Shown here: piece after piece, positions 8,141 to 17,369 of the stretch
Layout: each line of letters begins with the position of its first letter
Position numbering within the stretch: position 1 is the stretch's first letter
Assembly (NCBI GenBank): GCA_963677595.1
Contig: OY782041.1
Coordinates: forward strand, 3,456,001-3,520,000
DNA: 64,000 nucleotides
Reading direction: 5' to 3'
From: Spirochaetia bacterium
GTDB lineage: Bacteria > Spirochaetota > Spirochaetia > CAKZLE01
Program-made: the position numbers and the translations under genes
Notes under the pieces: model-generated
Databases searched by the model: none
The model's input: the letters and a program-made list of their open reading frames with translations, nothing else
What the model was told of the DNA's origin: nothing

Positions 8141-10058
8141 GTGCGCTCGGTATGAACATTTTCTAAAGGGTGAAAGTCCCAAGTACGGGTGATAGCGCCA
8201 AGTACATAGCCAAGGGCAAGGGTGTCCTCCGTGAGGGGGAATCTGAAGAAAGCTGGAGGCAAACTTCTGGCCTGACGAACAGAAATCCCATAAGGCATTT
8301 CCCGGTGGATAAGGTTGCTGTACAAACCGAAGTCCAAAGGCTATACGGAACCGGGAGTGTAGATGGGGCAGGTGGATGGAAGGAAAGAGGATGTTCTTAC
8401 CCGAGGAGGTCTTGCAGATGAGCCTAGGCTATCAACGCCAAAGATGGCAAAAGCCCTGAATATACAAGAATAGGGGCCAGTCACTGCAAGAAGTCAGATG
8501 AAAGCATAGTAGGGGGAAACCCTGAAGGCCGGAACGTCAGGAGGGACGTAGTAAATGAAAGATACCTTGCCTGTCAAGGACGGCAGAACCTGTACACGTA
8601 GTGGTGGCAGACCCGGGACACTGGAAGCACGGAATGTGGAAGGTGGACAGGGGGAGCCGAGAGGGTGTGGGATGTCTGAAAACAACACGACCGACGCAAA
8701 ACGAACGGATTTGCTGGAAAGGATACTGGACAGCCGGAATCTCCAAAGGGCATACGACAGAGTATGCTCAAACAAGGGGAGCGCAGGGGTGGACGGTATC
8801 GGGACGGATGGGCTGCTCAGCCAGATAACGGCGATGGGGCTCGAAAATCTCAAGGGGCAGATCCGGGAGGGGAAGTACCGTCCCAAACCAGTCCTAAGGG
8901 TAGAGATACCTAAGGAAGGGGGCAAGACGAGAAACCTTGGAATCCCAAGGGTCATGGACAGGATGGTGCAACAAGCCATCGCCCAGGTGCTGTCCGAAAT
9001 CTATGAACCCGAATTCAGTGAACACAGCTATGGATTCCGACCCGCAAGGGGTGCCCATGATGCACTGAGGCAATGCCTCAAGCATGCGAACGAGGGGTAC
9101 TACTGGGTGGTAGACATGGACTTGGAGAGGTTCTTCGACACGGTAAACCATTCGAAGCTCATCCAAGTGCTCAGCGAGAAGGTGAAGGATGGAAGGGTGG
9201 TATCACTCATCCACCGGTTCCTGAGGGCTGGGGTTGTCGTGAACGGAATGTACCAGAAAACCGAGGAGGGTTGTCCACAAGGAGGCAATTTGAGCCCAAT
9301 CCTTGCGAACATCCTGCTGAGTGAATGCGACCATGAGCTTGAGCGGAGAGGGCACAAGTTTGTCCGTTACGCCGATGACATGGTCATCTCATGTACCAGC
9401 CGGAAGGGAGCGGAAAGGACACTCGAAAGCACTGCCAGATATCTTGAGAACAAGCTCAAGCTGAAAGTGAACCGCGATAAGACCTGCATCTCCAAAATCG
9501 GGGGCATCAAGTTCCTTGGCTATGGATTCTTCTTTGACTGCAAAGGCAAGAAGTGGGACTTTCGGCTCCATGAGAAGACGGAAGCAAAGCTAAAGGCCAA
9601 GGTGAAGGAGATTACACAGCGAAGCAATGGATGGTCGGTGGCATACCGGCAGACCAAGCTGAACCATCTTATCAGAGGATGGATAGGGTACTTCAAGCTA
9701 GCCAGATGCAAATCGAAGCTGGCAGAACTGGACCAATGGCTGAGGAAACGTGTGAGGATGCTGTACTGGAAGATGTGGAAGCGGGTTAGGACTCGGTATC
9801 GGAGACTTCTGAAACTTGGTGTCGACAAACAGAAAGCCTACGAATGGGCTAACTCCAGATTAGGATATTGGAGGGTGGCCGGCTCGTGGATACTTTCTAC
9901 GACGCTGAACAACAAGAAACTCTATTCCATGGGATGGCGATGGTTCTCTGGCATATATGCCCGAGAGTGCGTAAAATGACGAGGAGCCGTATACTGAACA
10001 GTACGTACGGTTCTGTGGGAGGTCGGATGAGCCATTAAGGCTCATCCTCCTACCCGAT
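8141..10058 (+). mobile_element. Group II intron, bacterial class C (IIC), complete
   Basis: 5' GTGCG 4 nt after the terminator T-tract. IIC domain I motifs (GGGTGAAAGTCCC, GCAAGGGTGTCC, GAATCTGAAG, TTCTTACCCGAGGAGGTCT). Short domain V GAGCCGTATACTGAACAGTACGTACGGTTC at 9984-10013. Domain VI ends CCTACCCGAT at 10058. Confidence 0.95.
8555..9979 (+). CDS. ltrA: Group II intron reverse transcriptase/maturase (no endonuclease domain)
   Basis: NKGSAGVDG, RNLGIP, SYGFRP, DLERFFD, GCPQGGNLSP, RYADD, and maturase X domain (RGWIGYF). An alternative start is ATG 8672. Confidence 0.97.
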   Translation: MKDTLPVKDGRTCTRSGGRPGTLEARNVEGGQGEPRGCGMSENNTTDAKRTDLLERILDSRNLQRAYDRVCSNKGSAGVDGIGTDGLLSQITAMGLENLKGQIREGKYRPKPVLRVEIPKEGGKTRNLGIPRVMDRMVQQAIAQVLSEIYEPEFSEHSYGFRPARGAHDALRQCLKHANEGYYWVVDMDLERFFDTVNHSKLIQVLSEKVKDGRVVSLIHRFLRAGVVVNGMYQKTEEGCPQGGNLSPILANILLSECDHELERRGHKFVRYADDMVISCTSRKGAERTLESTARYLENKLKLKVNRDKTCISKIGGIKFLGYGFFFDCKGKKWDFRLHEKTEAKLKAKVKEITQRSNGWSVAYRQTKLNHLIRGWIGYFKLARCKSKLAELDQWLRKRVRMLYWKMWKRVRTRYRRLLKLGVDKQKAYEWANSRLGYWRVAGSWILSTTLNNKKLYSMGWRWFSGIYARECVK

Positions 10059-10070
10059 CTATTGGCAATT

Positions 10071-10144
10071 TCGGGCTGGGCGGATTTGAACCGCCGACCC
10101 CATGTCCCCCAGACATGTACGCTAAACCCCTGCGCTACAGCCCG
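10071..10144 (-). tRNA. tRNA-Pro (GGG), CCA not encoded
   Basis: Minus strand CGGGCTGTAGCGCAGGGGTTTAGCGTACATGTCTGGGGGACATGGGGTCGGCGGTTCAAATCCGCCCAGCCCGA: acceptor stem CGGGCTG/CAGCCCG, anticodon loop CT-GGG-GG, T-loop TTCAAAT. Confidence 0.96.
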
Positions 10145-10187
10145 CTTTTTATCGCTTGGAAAACGTACCATGAATCAATGGTCTCTG

Positions 10188-11570
10188 TCAACGAGGTTGG
10201 CTGGAAAAACCAGCGGGGAAAACAAGCCGTTCGACCTCTTCGACCAGATAGAGGGGCAGCGTATACAGGGTATAGCGGTAATCCGATCCAGGCAGGGAAG
10301 ATGAGACCTGTTCTATGATGGGTGTATGGGTGGAGAACCTGACAGCTGTCTCGAGTCGTTTCTGTTCCATGAAGAGGTGCAGGGACCGCAGCCGCCCAGT
10401 CGGTCCAGATTTGACCTCGATGGGCAGGAGTGTGTTCCCTGACTGGATGATATAATCCAGTTCGGCACTCGATCGAGCCTTTTCCCGGGCCCAATAATAG
10501 AGCTGAGGCCGTATATACGGGGGCTGGAGCATGAGCAGATGCTGCCCGATGAACTGTTCTGCAAGAACTCCCTGGTTTGAAAACAGGAGATCCTCATTGA
10601 TTCGCAGCGCAGCAAGCGATAACCCGTTCAGGGCCTGCAGCAATCCTATATCAAGTAAGAGTCCCTTAGCCCGTTTACGGTTCATCTCGGCTGCCAGGGG
10701 TATCCCTTTCGCGCTGCTGTGATAGACTGGAGAGAACACCTGGGCCTGAGTCATCATAGTAAGGATCTTCTTAGTCCTCTCGATCTTCGCCCCAGGCAAG
10801 AGGGAAGTGTAGACGACCTTCTTCCCTACAGTCCCTCCCAGCCTGCCGAAAACCTCCTGTATCATCTTGATTGCAACTCTTCCATGGTACTTATGGAAAT
10901 CCTCCCTGAAGGTTTGAATGATGGAGTACTTGACTGCATCAGCTTCCTTCAGGGAGTTCTCGGCAAGGTATGTCTGGATGACTTGAGGCATGCCCCCAAG
11001 CAGCATATAGGTCCTTACGTACTCCATGGCTTTCAGGTGGACAGCTTCCGGTATCGGCCCATCTGAGAGCTTATACTGCTGCAGGAAGGCCAGTAGCTGG
11101 TGGCGTCCCATAGCTGATAGGAACTCCTCGAAGGACAACGGACCCATATAGCAGAACTCGATACGGCCGACCGGGACAGCATGGGTGAACTCCTCCAATG
11201 CGAATTCCAGCAGGGACCCCGCAGCAATGACCGGGATCTCAGGTAAGCGTTCAAAGAAGTATCTCAGAAGGGAGATCACCTGTGGGGCAGCCTGTATCTC
11301 ATCAAGGAACAGCAGGGTGTTTGCCGTGATCTTCAAGTCGTGTACCAGTTCAAGTGTCTGGATGACAGACTTGACATCAGGTGAAGAAAAGATTTCATGG
11401 ATGGCATGATCTTCCTCAAAGTTCAGTTCCAGGAGGTCAAGCCCCTGGTTTTCAGCGAACTGCCTGACAAGCGTCGTCTTCCCGACCTGTCTTGCCCCGC
11501 GAAGGATCAAGGGTTTCCTGTTTACGCGATTGTACCACTCTTCCAGATACGACTCATACGTTCTTTTCAT
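10188..11570 (-). CDS. AAA_14 family ATPase with DUF4143 C-terminal domain
   Basis: RKPLILRGARQVGKT Walker A, FLDEIQ Walker B, AAGSLL, GGMP, and C-terminal ELDY...PIEVKSG (PD-(D/E)xK-like). Confidence 0.93.
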   Translation of the reverse strand: MKRTYESYLEEWYNRVNRKPLILRGARQVGKTTLVRQFAENQGLDLLELNFEEDHAIHEIFSSPDVKSVIQTLELVHDLKITANTLLFLDEIQAAPQVISLLRYFFERLPEIPVIAAGSLLEFALEEFTHAVPVGRIEFCYMGPLSFEEFLSAMGRHQLLAFLQQYKLSDGPIPEAVHLKAMEYVRTYMLLGGMPQVIQTYLAENSLKEADAVKYSIIQTFREDFHKYHGRVAIKMIQEVFGRLGGTVGKKVVYTSLLPGAKIERTKKILTMMTQAQVFSPVYHSSAKGIPLAAEMNRKRAKGLLLDIGLLQALNGLSLAALRINEDLLFSNQGVLAEQFIGQHLLMLQPPYIRPQLYYWAREKARSSAELDYIIQSGNTLLPIEVKSGPTGRLRSLHLFMEQKRLETAVRFSTHTPIIEQVSSSLPGSDYRYTLYTLPLYLVEEVERLVFPAGFSSQPR

Positions 11571-11591
11571 AGAATCAGTATATCATAAAAA

Positions 11592-11698
11592 GGTATAAAA
11601 ATAAGGGTAACTTTCTTACTAGATGGTATAAAAGTATGGGTAACTTTTACCTGTAACAGGTGAAAAGTAGGGGTTATTACACTTCTGCGGTGAAAAGT
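11592..11698. repeat. Four degenerate direct repeats (GGTATAAAA/GGTGAAAAG...), spacing 33, 34 and 30 bp
   Basis: Units start at 11592, 11625, 11659 and 11689. Unit 2 contains the imperfect palindrome AAAAGT...ACTTTT. Confidence 0.65.
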
Positions 11699-11727
11699 GC
11701 AGGAGCCGGGAGTGTTCCGGCTCCTGC
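11699..11727 (-). terminator. Terminator of the hydrogenase operon
   Basis: GCAGGAGCCGG-GAGTGTT-CCGGCTCCTGC, an 11-bp stem followed by ACTTTT on the minus strand. Confidence 0.75.
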
Positions 11728-11742
11728 GGGAGAGAGATACTG

Positions 11743-13521
11743 TCAACCTGAGACTTTCTCGCGCTCCCTGTATTCTGTATGGAGCAGTTCGTGCGAGAGG
11801 TGGCTCAGGGGGGCTTTGAGGAACTCCTGGTAGATCGTCTCCACTGCCGGGTTCTCGTGGGACTGGCGCAGTGCCTTTCCCTCATCCTCGGCGTAGATCG
11901 CGGCGATCCTCGATTCCCGGATGCTGTTGTCAGTGAAGCGCGGCTGTCCGCCGCCCCCGATGCAGCCGCCTGGGCAGGTCATGACCTCGACGAAGAGGAA
12001 CTCGTCAGGGTTTTCCCTGATCCGATCCATGAGTTTCGAGGCATTCCCCAACCCATGGGAGACTGCCACCTTCACTTCAGCACCTTCTAAGAACTTCCAA
12101 TCCTCCACCAGGCCCTCAAGTACCACCGAAGCAGTCTTGATACCTTCGAGTCCTGCTAACGGCTGGATGTGAAGGTCTGCCATGGGGAGGTTTCGCCCCG
12201 TGGTGACGGCATAGACCGTCCTCAAGGCAGCTTCCATGACACCGCCGGTATTGGCGAAGATATCTGCCGCCCCGGTCGAGATGCCGAGCGGGTTGTCCAT
12301 CACGCCGTCTGTAAGGGTGAGGAAGTCGAGGCCAGACATCTTGATCAGCCTGCCGAGCTCCCGGGTCGTAAGGACGTAGTCCACGTCCCGGACCCCGCTT
12401 GCGTTCATCTCATCCCGCTGTGCCTCGAACTTCTTGGCTGTGCACGGCATGACCGAGACGACCGTCATGTCTTCCGGCCTAATGCCCATCTTCTGGGCAT
12501 AATAGGTCTTGGCTACCGCTCCGAACATCTGCTGCGGTGACTTGCAACTCGAGATGTTGGGCAGCATGTCCGGGTAGTTATATTCAGCGAACTTGATCCA
12601 GCCTGGTGAGCAGCTGGTGAACTGGGGCAGGGCGACCTCCTGACCATTCACGAACTTGTTCCGTAACCTGGTCAGCAGTTCTGTCCCCTCCTCCATGATC
12701 GTGAGGTCAGCGGTGAAGTTGGTGTCGAACACCCCGTCGAAGCCAAGCTCCCTCAAAGCCGTGACCATTTTCCCGGTCACGAGGGTGCCCGGGGGCATGC
12801 CGAAGCTCTCCCCGAGTGCTGCCCTGATCGCCGGGGCGGTCTGGACGACCACATGTTTACCCGGGTCATCAAGGGCTGTAAGGACATTGTCGATGTGTGA
12901 ACGTTCGACGATGGCGCCGACCGGGCAGACAGCGGCACACTGGCCGCACTGGACGCAGGCTACCGTGTCGAGCGGTGAGGTGAATGCCGGGCCTATGGTT
13001 GTTTCGTAGCCGCGGAATTGCGGGAAGAGCGCGCCTACGTTCTGTACCTCGTTGCAGATCTGCACGCACCTGCGGCACTTGATGCACTTCCCAGCATTCC
13101 GGTAGAGCGCCGGGGTGGAGTAGTCCATGTAATGGAGAGTCTTCTCACCCTCGTACCGTATGGTTGTGATCCCGAGTTCCTGGGCAAGTGCCCGAAGCTC
13201 GCAGTCATCGGAACGGTCGCAGGTGATGCAGTCCCCATCGTGCTCACTCAGCAGGAGCTCGACGACCGTCCTTCTCGCCTCACGGACCCTCCGGTTGTTC
13301 GTATGGATGACCATCCCGTCCCGGATCGGGGTCGAGCAGGAGGCGGCCAGGTTCGCCTGGCCCTCGATCTCCACCACACAGACCCTGCAGGCCCCTGTCG
13401 GTTTCAGGCTCTCGAGGAAGCAGAGGGTAGGTATATGGATGCCGAGTTCCTTGGCTGCAGTCAGGATCATCGTACCTGCCGGCAGGGTGGCTTGTTTTCC
13501 GTTGATGGTAACACTATGCAT
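11743..13521 (-). CDS. hydA: [FeFe]-hydrogenase group A catalytic subunit (HydA/HndD type)
   Basis: N-terminal 2Fe-2S, His-ligated 4Fe-4S and 2x4Fe-4S domains. H-cluster motifs FTSCSPGW, MPCTAKKFE and EVMTCPGGCIGGGGQP. Confidence 0.96.
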   Translation of the reverse strand: MHSVTINGKQATLPAGTMILTAAKELGIHIPTLCFLESLKPTGACRVCVVEIEGQANLAASCSTPIRDGMVIHTNNRRVREARRTVVELLLSEHDGDCITCDRSDDCELRALAQELGITTIRYEGEKTLHYMDYSTPALYRNAGKCIKCRRCVQICNEVQNVGALFPQFRGYETTIGPAFTSPLDTVACVQCGQCAAVCPVGAIVERSHIDNVLTALDDPGKHVVVQTAPAIRAALGESFGMPPGTLVTGKMVTALRELGFDGVFDTNFTADLTIMEEGTELLTRLRNKFVNGQEVALPQFTSCSPGWIKFAEYNYPDMLPNISSCKSPQQMFGAVAKTYYAQKMGIRPEDMTVVSVMPCTAKKFEAQRDEMNASGVRDVDYVLTTRELGRLIKMSGLDFLTLTDGVMDNPLGISTGAADIFANTGGVMEAALRTVYAVTTGRNLPMADLHIQPLAGLEGIKTASVVLEGLVEDWKFLEGAEVKVAVSHGLGNASKLMDRIRENPDEFLFVEVMTCPGGCIGGGGQPRFTDNSIRESRIAAIYAEDEGKALRQSHENPAVETIYQEFLKAPLSHLSHELLHTEYREREKVSG

Positions 13522-16500
13522 GAGCGTCCTCCTTCTTCTCTTCTCGAATGTGCTTCCCGTAGTCGCAGCGCAGGCAGCGATGTGCCTGCCTCCTGGCTAC
13601 CGGTTCGCTCCAGGGGAGTTCCACCTCCTCGAAGTTGTTCCTCCTCCTCTCTATGGAGATCTGGTTGACCTGCTCCCGCATCTCGGGGCTCGGGTCTGCA
13701 TCGGGGTCATAGGAGGTCTCAGTAGCCTTCTCATACCGCCAGAAGGCATGGTTCTCACCGGTTAGGTATGCATCGATCCCTGCTGCGCACCGTTCACCTG
13801 CGGCAACCGCATCGATGACGGAAGCGGGACCTGAGCTGCAGTCCCCGCCGCAGAAGACCTTGTCGATCGAGGTCGCCCCGGTCGCCAGGTCGGTATAGAT
13901 GAACCTGCGGTCATTCATGGTGAGCTCCACATTCCCAAGCTGTCCCGAGAGATCGAGTCGCTGCCCGATCGCCATGATCACCTGGTCCGCCTTGATGGTG
14001 AACCGTTCCTGCTTCTCAGCCTGGGGCCGTCTTCGTCCTGAGGCATCGAAACCACCAAGGTGCATCCTCAGGCACGTGACTCCTGAGACTGCCCCGTCCT
14101 CATCCTTCTCGATCGCTACCGGCTGGATGAGGCAGGAGATGGAGACACCCTCCTGGAGTGCCTCGGAGATCTCCTCCTCATAGGCGGGCATCTCCTCCCT
14201 GGTCCTCCGGTAGATGATCTCCACCTTCTCAGCACCGAGCCGCAGGGCGGTTCGTGCGGCGTCCACTGCGGCGTTCCCGCCGCCGATGACTGCCACATGC
14301 TTCCCCACCTGGACCGAACCGCGGATGTTGTACCGCTGGAGGAAGGGGACTGCCTGGATCACACCTTCAGCATCCTCTCCAGGCAGGCCGATGGAGAGTG
14401 AGTCAGGAGCACCGACTGCGATGCAGACTGCCTCGTTTCCCTCCTCAAGCAGGGACTCGAGGGTGAAGTCACGCCCCATACGCTTCTCGGTGATGATCTG
14501 CACGCCCATGTTCTCGATCATACGAATCTCACGGGCGATGGTCTCGCGCGGCAGTCGGTAAGCCGGGATAGTCTGTACGAGCATACCCCCGGGCCTTGAG
14601 GCGGCTTCGAGTACGGTCGGCCGGTAGCCGAGCCTGGCAAGGAAATAGGCGCAGGAGAGACCGGCAGGTCCTGCTCCGACGATGGTGACCTTCTTCTTGG
14701 CGTTGACCGCATTCTCCCTGACCTCAGGAATCTGGACGGTCACCTCCTGGTCTACCATGAACCTCTTGATCGAGCGGATAGCGACAGAATCATCCGTGCT
14801 GCAGCGCCTGCACATCTCCTCGCAGGTATGGAAGCAGACCCGTGCGCAGATGGCGGCAAAGGGGTTGCGTTCTCGATGGAGTTTGAGTGCTTCCGCATAC
14901 CGTCCCTCCCCGACGAGGGCCACAAATCCCGGGATGTCCACCGATGCGGGGCATGCGCTCTGGCAGGGGGCTCTGACCAGACCCGGGCAGACACCGGCCT
15001 CGCAGTGCTTGTCCCTGATGTGTGCCTCGTACTCGTGGCGGAAGTGGCGGATGGTCGAGAGCACCGGATTGGGAGCAGTCTGCCCGAGACCGCAGAGAGC
15101 GGTCTGCTTGATCTGGGTGCCGAGCTCGATGAGCTTCTCGATGTCACCGGGGACGCCTTCCCCGCCGCAGATGCGGGTGAGGATCTCGAGCATCCGCTTC
15201 GTCCCGACTCGACAGGGGACACACTTGCCGCATGACTCCTCCTGGACGAACTCCAGGAAGTAGCGTGCGACATCTACCATGCAGGAGGTATCATCGAGGA
15301 TGATCATCCCGCCAGATCCCATGATCGCGCCGAGCTCCTTGAGGTCGTCGTAATCGAGGGGGACTGACAGGTACTCCTTAGGGATGCAGCCGCCTGACGG
15401 GCCGCCGATCTGGGCGGCCTTGAAAGCCCTGTTCCCCTTGATGCCGCCCCCGATATCGAAGATGACGTCCCCGAGCGGGGTCCCGATGGGGATCTCGACA
15501 AGGCCGGTCGTGTTCACTGCGCCTGCAAGGGCGAAGACCTTCGTCCCCTTGCTCTTCTCGGAGCCGAACGAGCTGTACCAGTCAGCGGAATTGAGGATGA
15601 TCGCGGCGACATTGGCATAGGTCTCCACATTGTTGAGCAGGGTCGGCTTGCCCCAGAGCCCCTGGTGGGCGGGGAAGGGCGGCCGTGGTCTTGGTTCGCC
15701 CCGCTTCCCCTCGATGGAGTGGATCAGTGCTGTCTCCTCGCCGCAGACGAAGGCGCCTGAACCCATCCTGATCTCGAGGTCGAAGGAGAACTCCGTCCCC
15801 CCGATCGACTCCCCGAGCAGATTCATCTGTCGTGCCTCTTCTATGGCATGCTGGAGCCGTGCCACTGCCAACGGGTACTCGGCCCGTACGTAGACATAGC
15901 CCTGGTCTGCCCCGATGGTATAGGCGGCGATCGCCATCCCCTCGATGATGCTGTGGGGATCCCCCTCGAGGACGCTCCGGTCCATGAATGCACCCGGGTC
16001 ACCCTCATCGGCATTGCAGAGGACGTATTTATGATCGTCATGGACCTCCTGGGTGAACTTCCATTTCAGCCAGGTCGGGAAGCCGGCGCCGCCCCGTCCG
16101 CGGAGGCCGGAGAGCCTCATATCTTCGATGATCATCTGGCTGTCCATCTCGGTGAGTGCTTTTGCCAGGGCGCGGTAACCGCCCTTCGCTATATACGCCC
16201 TGATATCCATGGGGTCGATCTTCCCGCAGTTTCGCAGGACGATCCGCTGCTGCGGGGAGAGGAACTCAGAATCGGACTCATCAAGGAGGGGAAGGTCCGA
16301 CCCCTCATTGGTGATGAGCAGGGATAGTACCGGTTCATCGCCGATGAGGTGGCTCGAGACGATCCGCTCGACCTTGTCTGGGGTGATGTCCTGGTAGATC
16401 GTGCCTTCCGGCATGACCCGTACGACCGGCCCGAGGGAACAGGGACCCATGCATCCCGTGCCGATGACGGGGATGGCGAGGTTGTGCATGTCGATCGACT

Positions 16501-16657
16501 CCTCGAAAGCCTTTACGACATCGAGGGAGCCGGAAGCGATGCATCCGCCGCCGGTGCAGATGAGGACTGCACGCTCAGTTCTCGTCTCTTCATACTGATT
16601 TGTGATCTCACTGAATGATTCCAGCAGTGCTTCGGATATGCGTATCTTCGTCATCAC
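13514..16657 (-). CDS. hydB: HydB/NuoF-like FMN-NADH subunit fused to a GltD-like FAD/NADPH oxidoreductase
   Basis: Thioredoxin-like 2Fe-2S domain, then GRGGAGFPT, CNADEGDPGAFMDR, GEETAL and SCGKCVPCR. After that come APCQSACP, CARVCFHTCEEMC, VGAGPAGL, IPAYRLP, GGGNAAVD and YRRT. Confidence 0.9.
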   Translation of the reverse strand: MMTKIRISEALLESFSEITNQYEETRTERAVLICTGGGCIASGSLDVVKAFEESIDMHNLAIPVIGTGCMGPCSLGPVVRVMPEGTIYQDITPDKVERIVSSHLIGDEPVLSLLITNEGSDLPLLDESDSEFLSPQQRIVLRNCGKIDPMDIRAYIAKGGYRALAKALTEMDSQMIIEDMRLSGLRGRGGAGFPTWLKWKFTQEVHDDHKYVLCNADEGDPGAFMDRSVLEGDPHSIIEGMAIAAYTIGADQGYVYVRAEYPLAVARLQHAIEEARQMNLLGESIGGTEFSFDLEIRMGSGAFVCGEETALIHSIEGKRGEPRPRPPFPAHQGLWGKPTLLNNVETYANVAAIILNSADWYSSFGSEKSKGTKVFALAGAVNTTGLVEIPIGTPLGDVIFDIGGGIKGNRAFKAAQIGGPSGGCIPKEYLSVPLDYDDLKELGAIMGSGGMIILDDTSCMVDVARYFLEFVQEESCGKCVPCRVGTKRMLEILTRICGGEGVPGDIEKLIELGTQIKQTALCGLGQTAPNPVLSTIRHFRHEYEAHIRDKHCEAGVCPGLVRAPCQSACPASVDIPGFVALVGEGRYAEALKLHRERNPFAAICARVCFHTCEEMCRRCSTDDSVAIRSIKRFMVDQEVTVQIPEVRENAVNAKKKVTIVGAGPAGLSCAYFLARLGYRPTVLEAASRPGGMLVQTIPAYRLPRETIAREIRMIENMGVQIITEKRMGRDFTLESLLEEGNEAVCIAVGAPDSLSIGLPGEDAEGVIQAVPFLQRYNIRGSVQVGKHVAVIGGGNAAVDAARTALRLGAEKVEIIYRRTREEMPAYEEEISEALQEGVSISCLIQPVAIEKDEDGAVSGVTCLRMHLGGFDASGRRRPQAEKQERFTIKADQVIMAIGQRLDLSGQLGNVELTMNDRRFIYTDLATGATSIDKVFCGGDCSSGPASVIDAVAAGERCAAGIDAYLTGENHAFWRYEKATETSYDPDADPSPEMREQVNQISIERRRNNFEEVELPWSEPVARRQAHRCLRCDYGKHIREEKKEDAHA

Positions 16658-17160
16658 TTGGCCTCCTGTGCTGCATAGGGTGCGAGGAGTTCCTTGATCC
16701 TGCAGGGTTTCACCCGCTGGTGGACATCATCATCGATCATGACGACCGGAGCGAGGCCGCAGGCCCCGAAGCACCGTCCGATCTCGAGCGAGAAGTTCCG
16801 GTCCTCGGTAGTCTCGCCGACCTTGATCTTGAGTTCCCTCGTGAGAGTCTCGAGGACCTCCTTGCCGCCGCGGACATAGCAGGCAGTCCCGAGGCAGACG
16901 CGTATCACATGCTTCCCGCGCGGGACGGTGGAGAAGAAGGAGTAGAAGGTGACGACCCCCGTGACTTCACTGTAGGGGATCTTGAGCTTCTCGCTGATAT
17001 ACTGCAGGGATTCCTTCGGGAGGTAGCCCAAGAGGTTCTGCGTGGACTGCAGGACCGGGATGAGGGCGCCCCCGGTATCGCGGTACTGCTCGACGATCGT
17101 ATCGATCATCGGGAAGGTATCCTCAGGTCTCAGTTCGTGGATTTCTGCCGTGACTGCCAT
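16654..17160 (-). CDS. hydC: HydC/NuoE-like 2Fe-2S subunit
   Basis: GVVTFYSFF, VCLGTACYVRG, RCFGACGLAP. Start set at ATG 17160 after an AGGAG SD. Confidence 0.93.
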   Translation of the reverse strand: MAVTAEIHELRPEDTFPMIDTIVEQYRDTGGALIPVLQSTQNLLGYLPKESLQYISEKLKIPYSEVTGVVTFYSFFSTVPRGKHVIRVCLGTACYVRGGKEVLETLTRELKIKVGETTEDRNFSLEIGRCFGACGLAPVVMIDDDVHQRVKPCRIKELLAPYAAQEAK

Positions 17161-17369
17161 ATGTACTCCTTCGTGTAGTTTGACAATCTGCAGGAGGATG
17201 CGGGGTGGAGACTCGTCTGTAGGTACCATATAGCAACTGCATCTGCAGGTTGTCTATTGTTCTAACGAGTTCGGCGGCTTGTTTGCAAGAAGTACCAATA
17301 TGTGCGAATAACATGAAGTACGACTGACTCTATAGAGAAGTATAGCATGTATAATGCACAAATCAACGG

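Noticed and set aside
8555-9979. RT as retron, DGR or defence RT
   Set aside because: It is flanked by a complete group II intron RNA, has a maturase domain, and there is no template/variable repeat pair.
11592-11698. Possible mini-CRISPR array
   Set aside because: The period of 30-34 bp leaves no room for spacers, the repeats are degenerate, and no cas genes are present. Kept only as an operator-like repeat.
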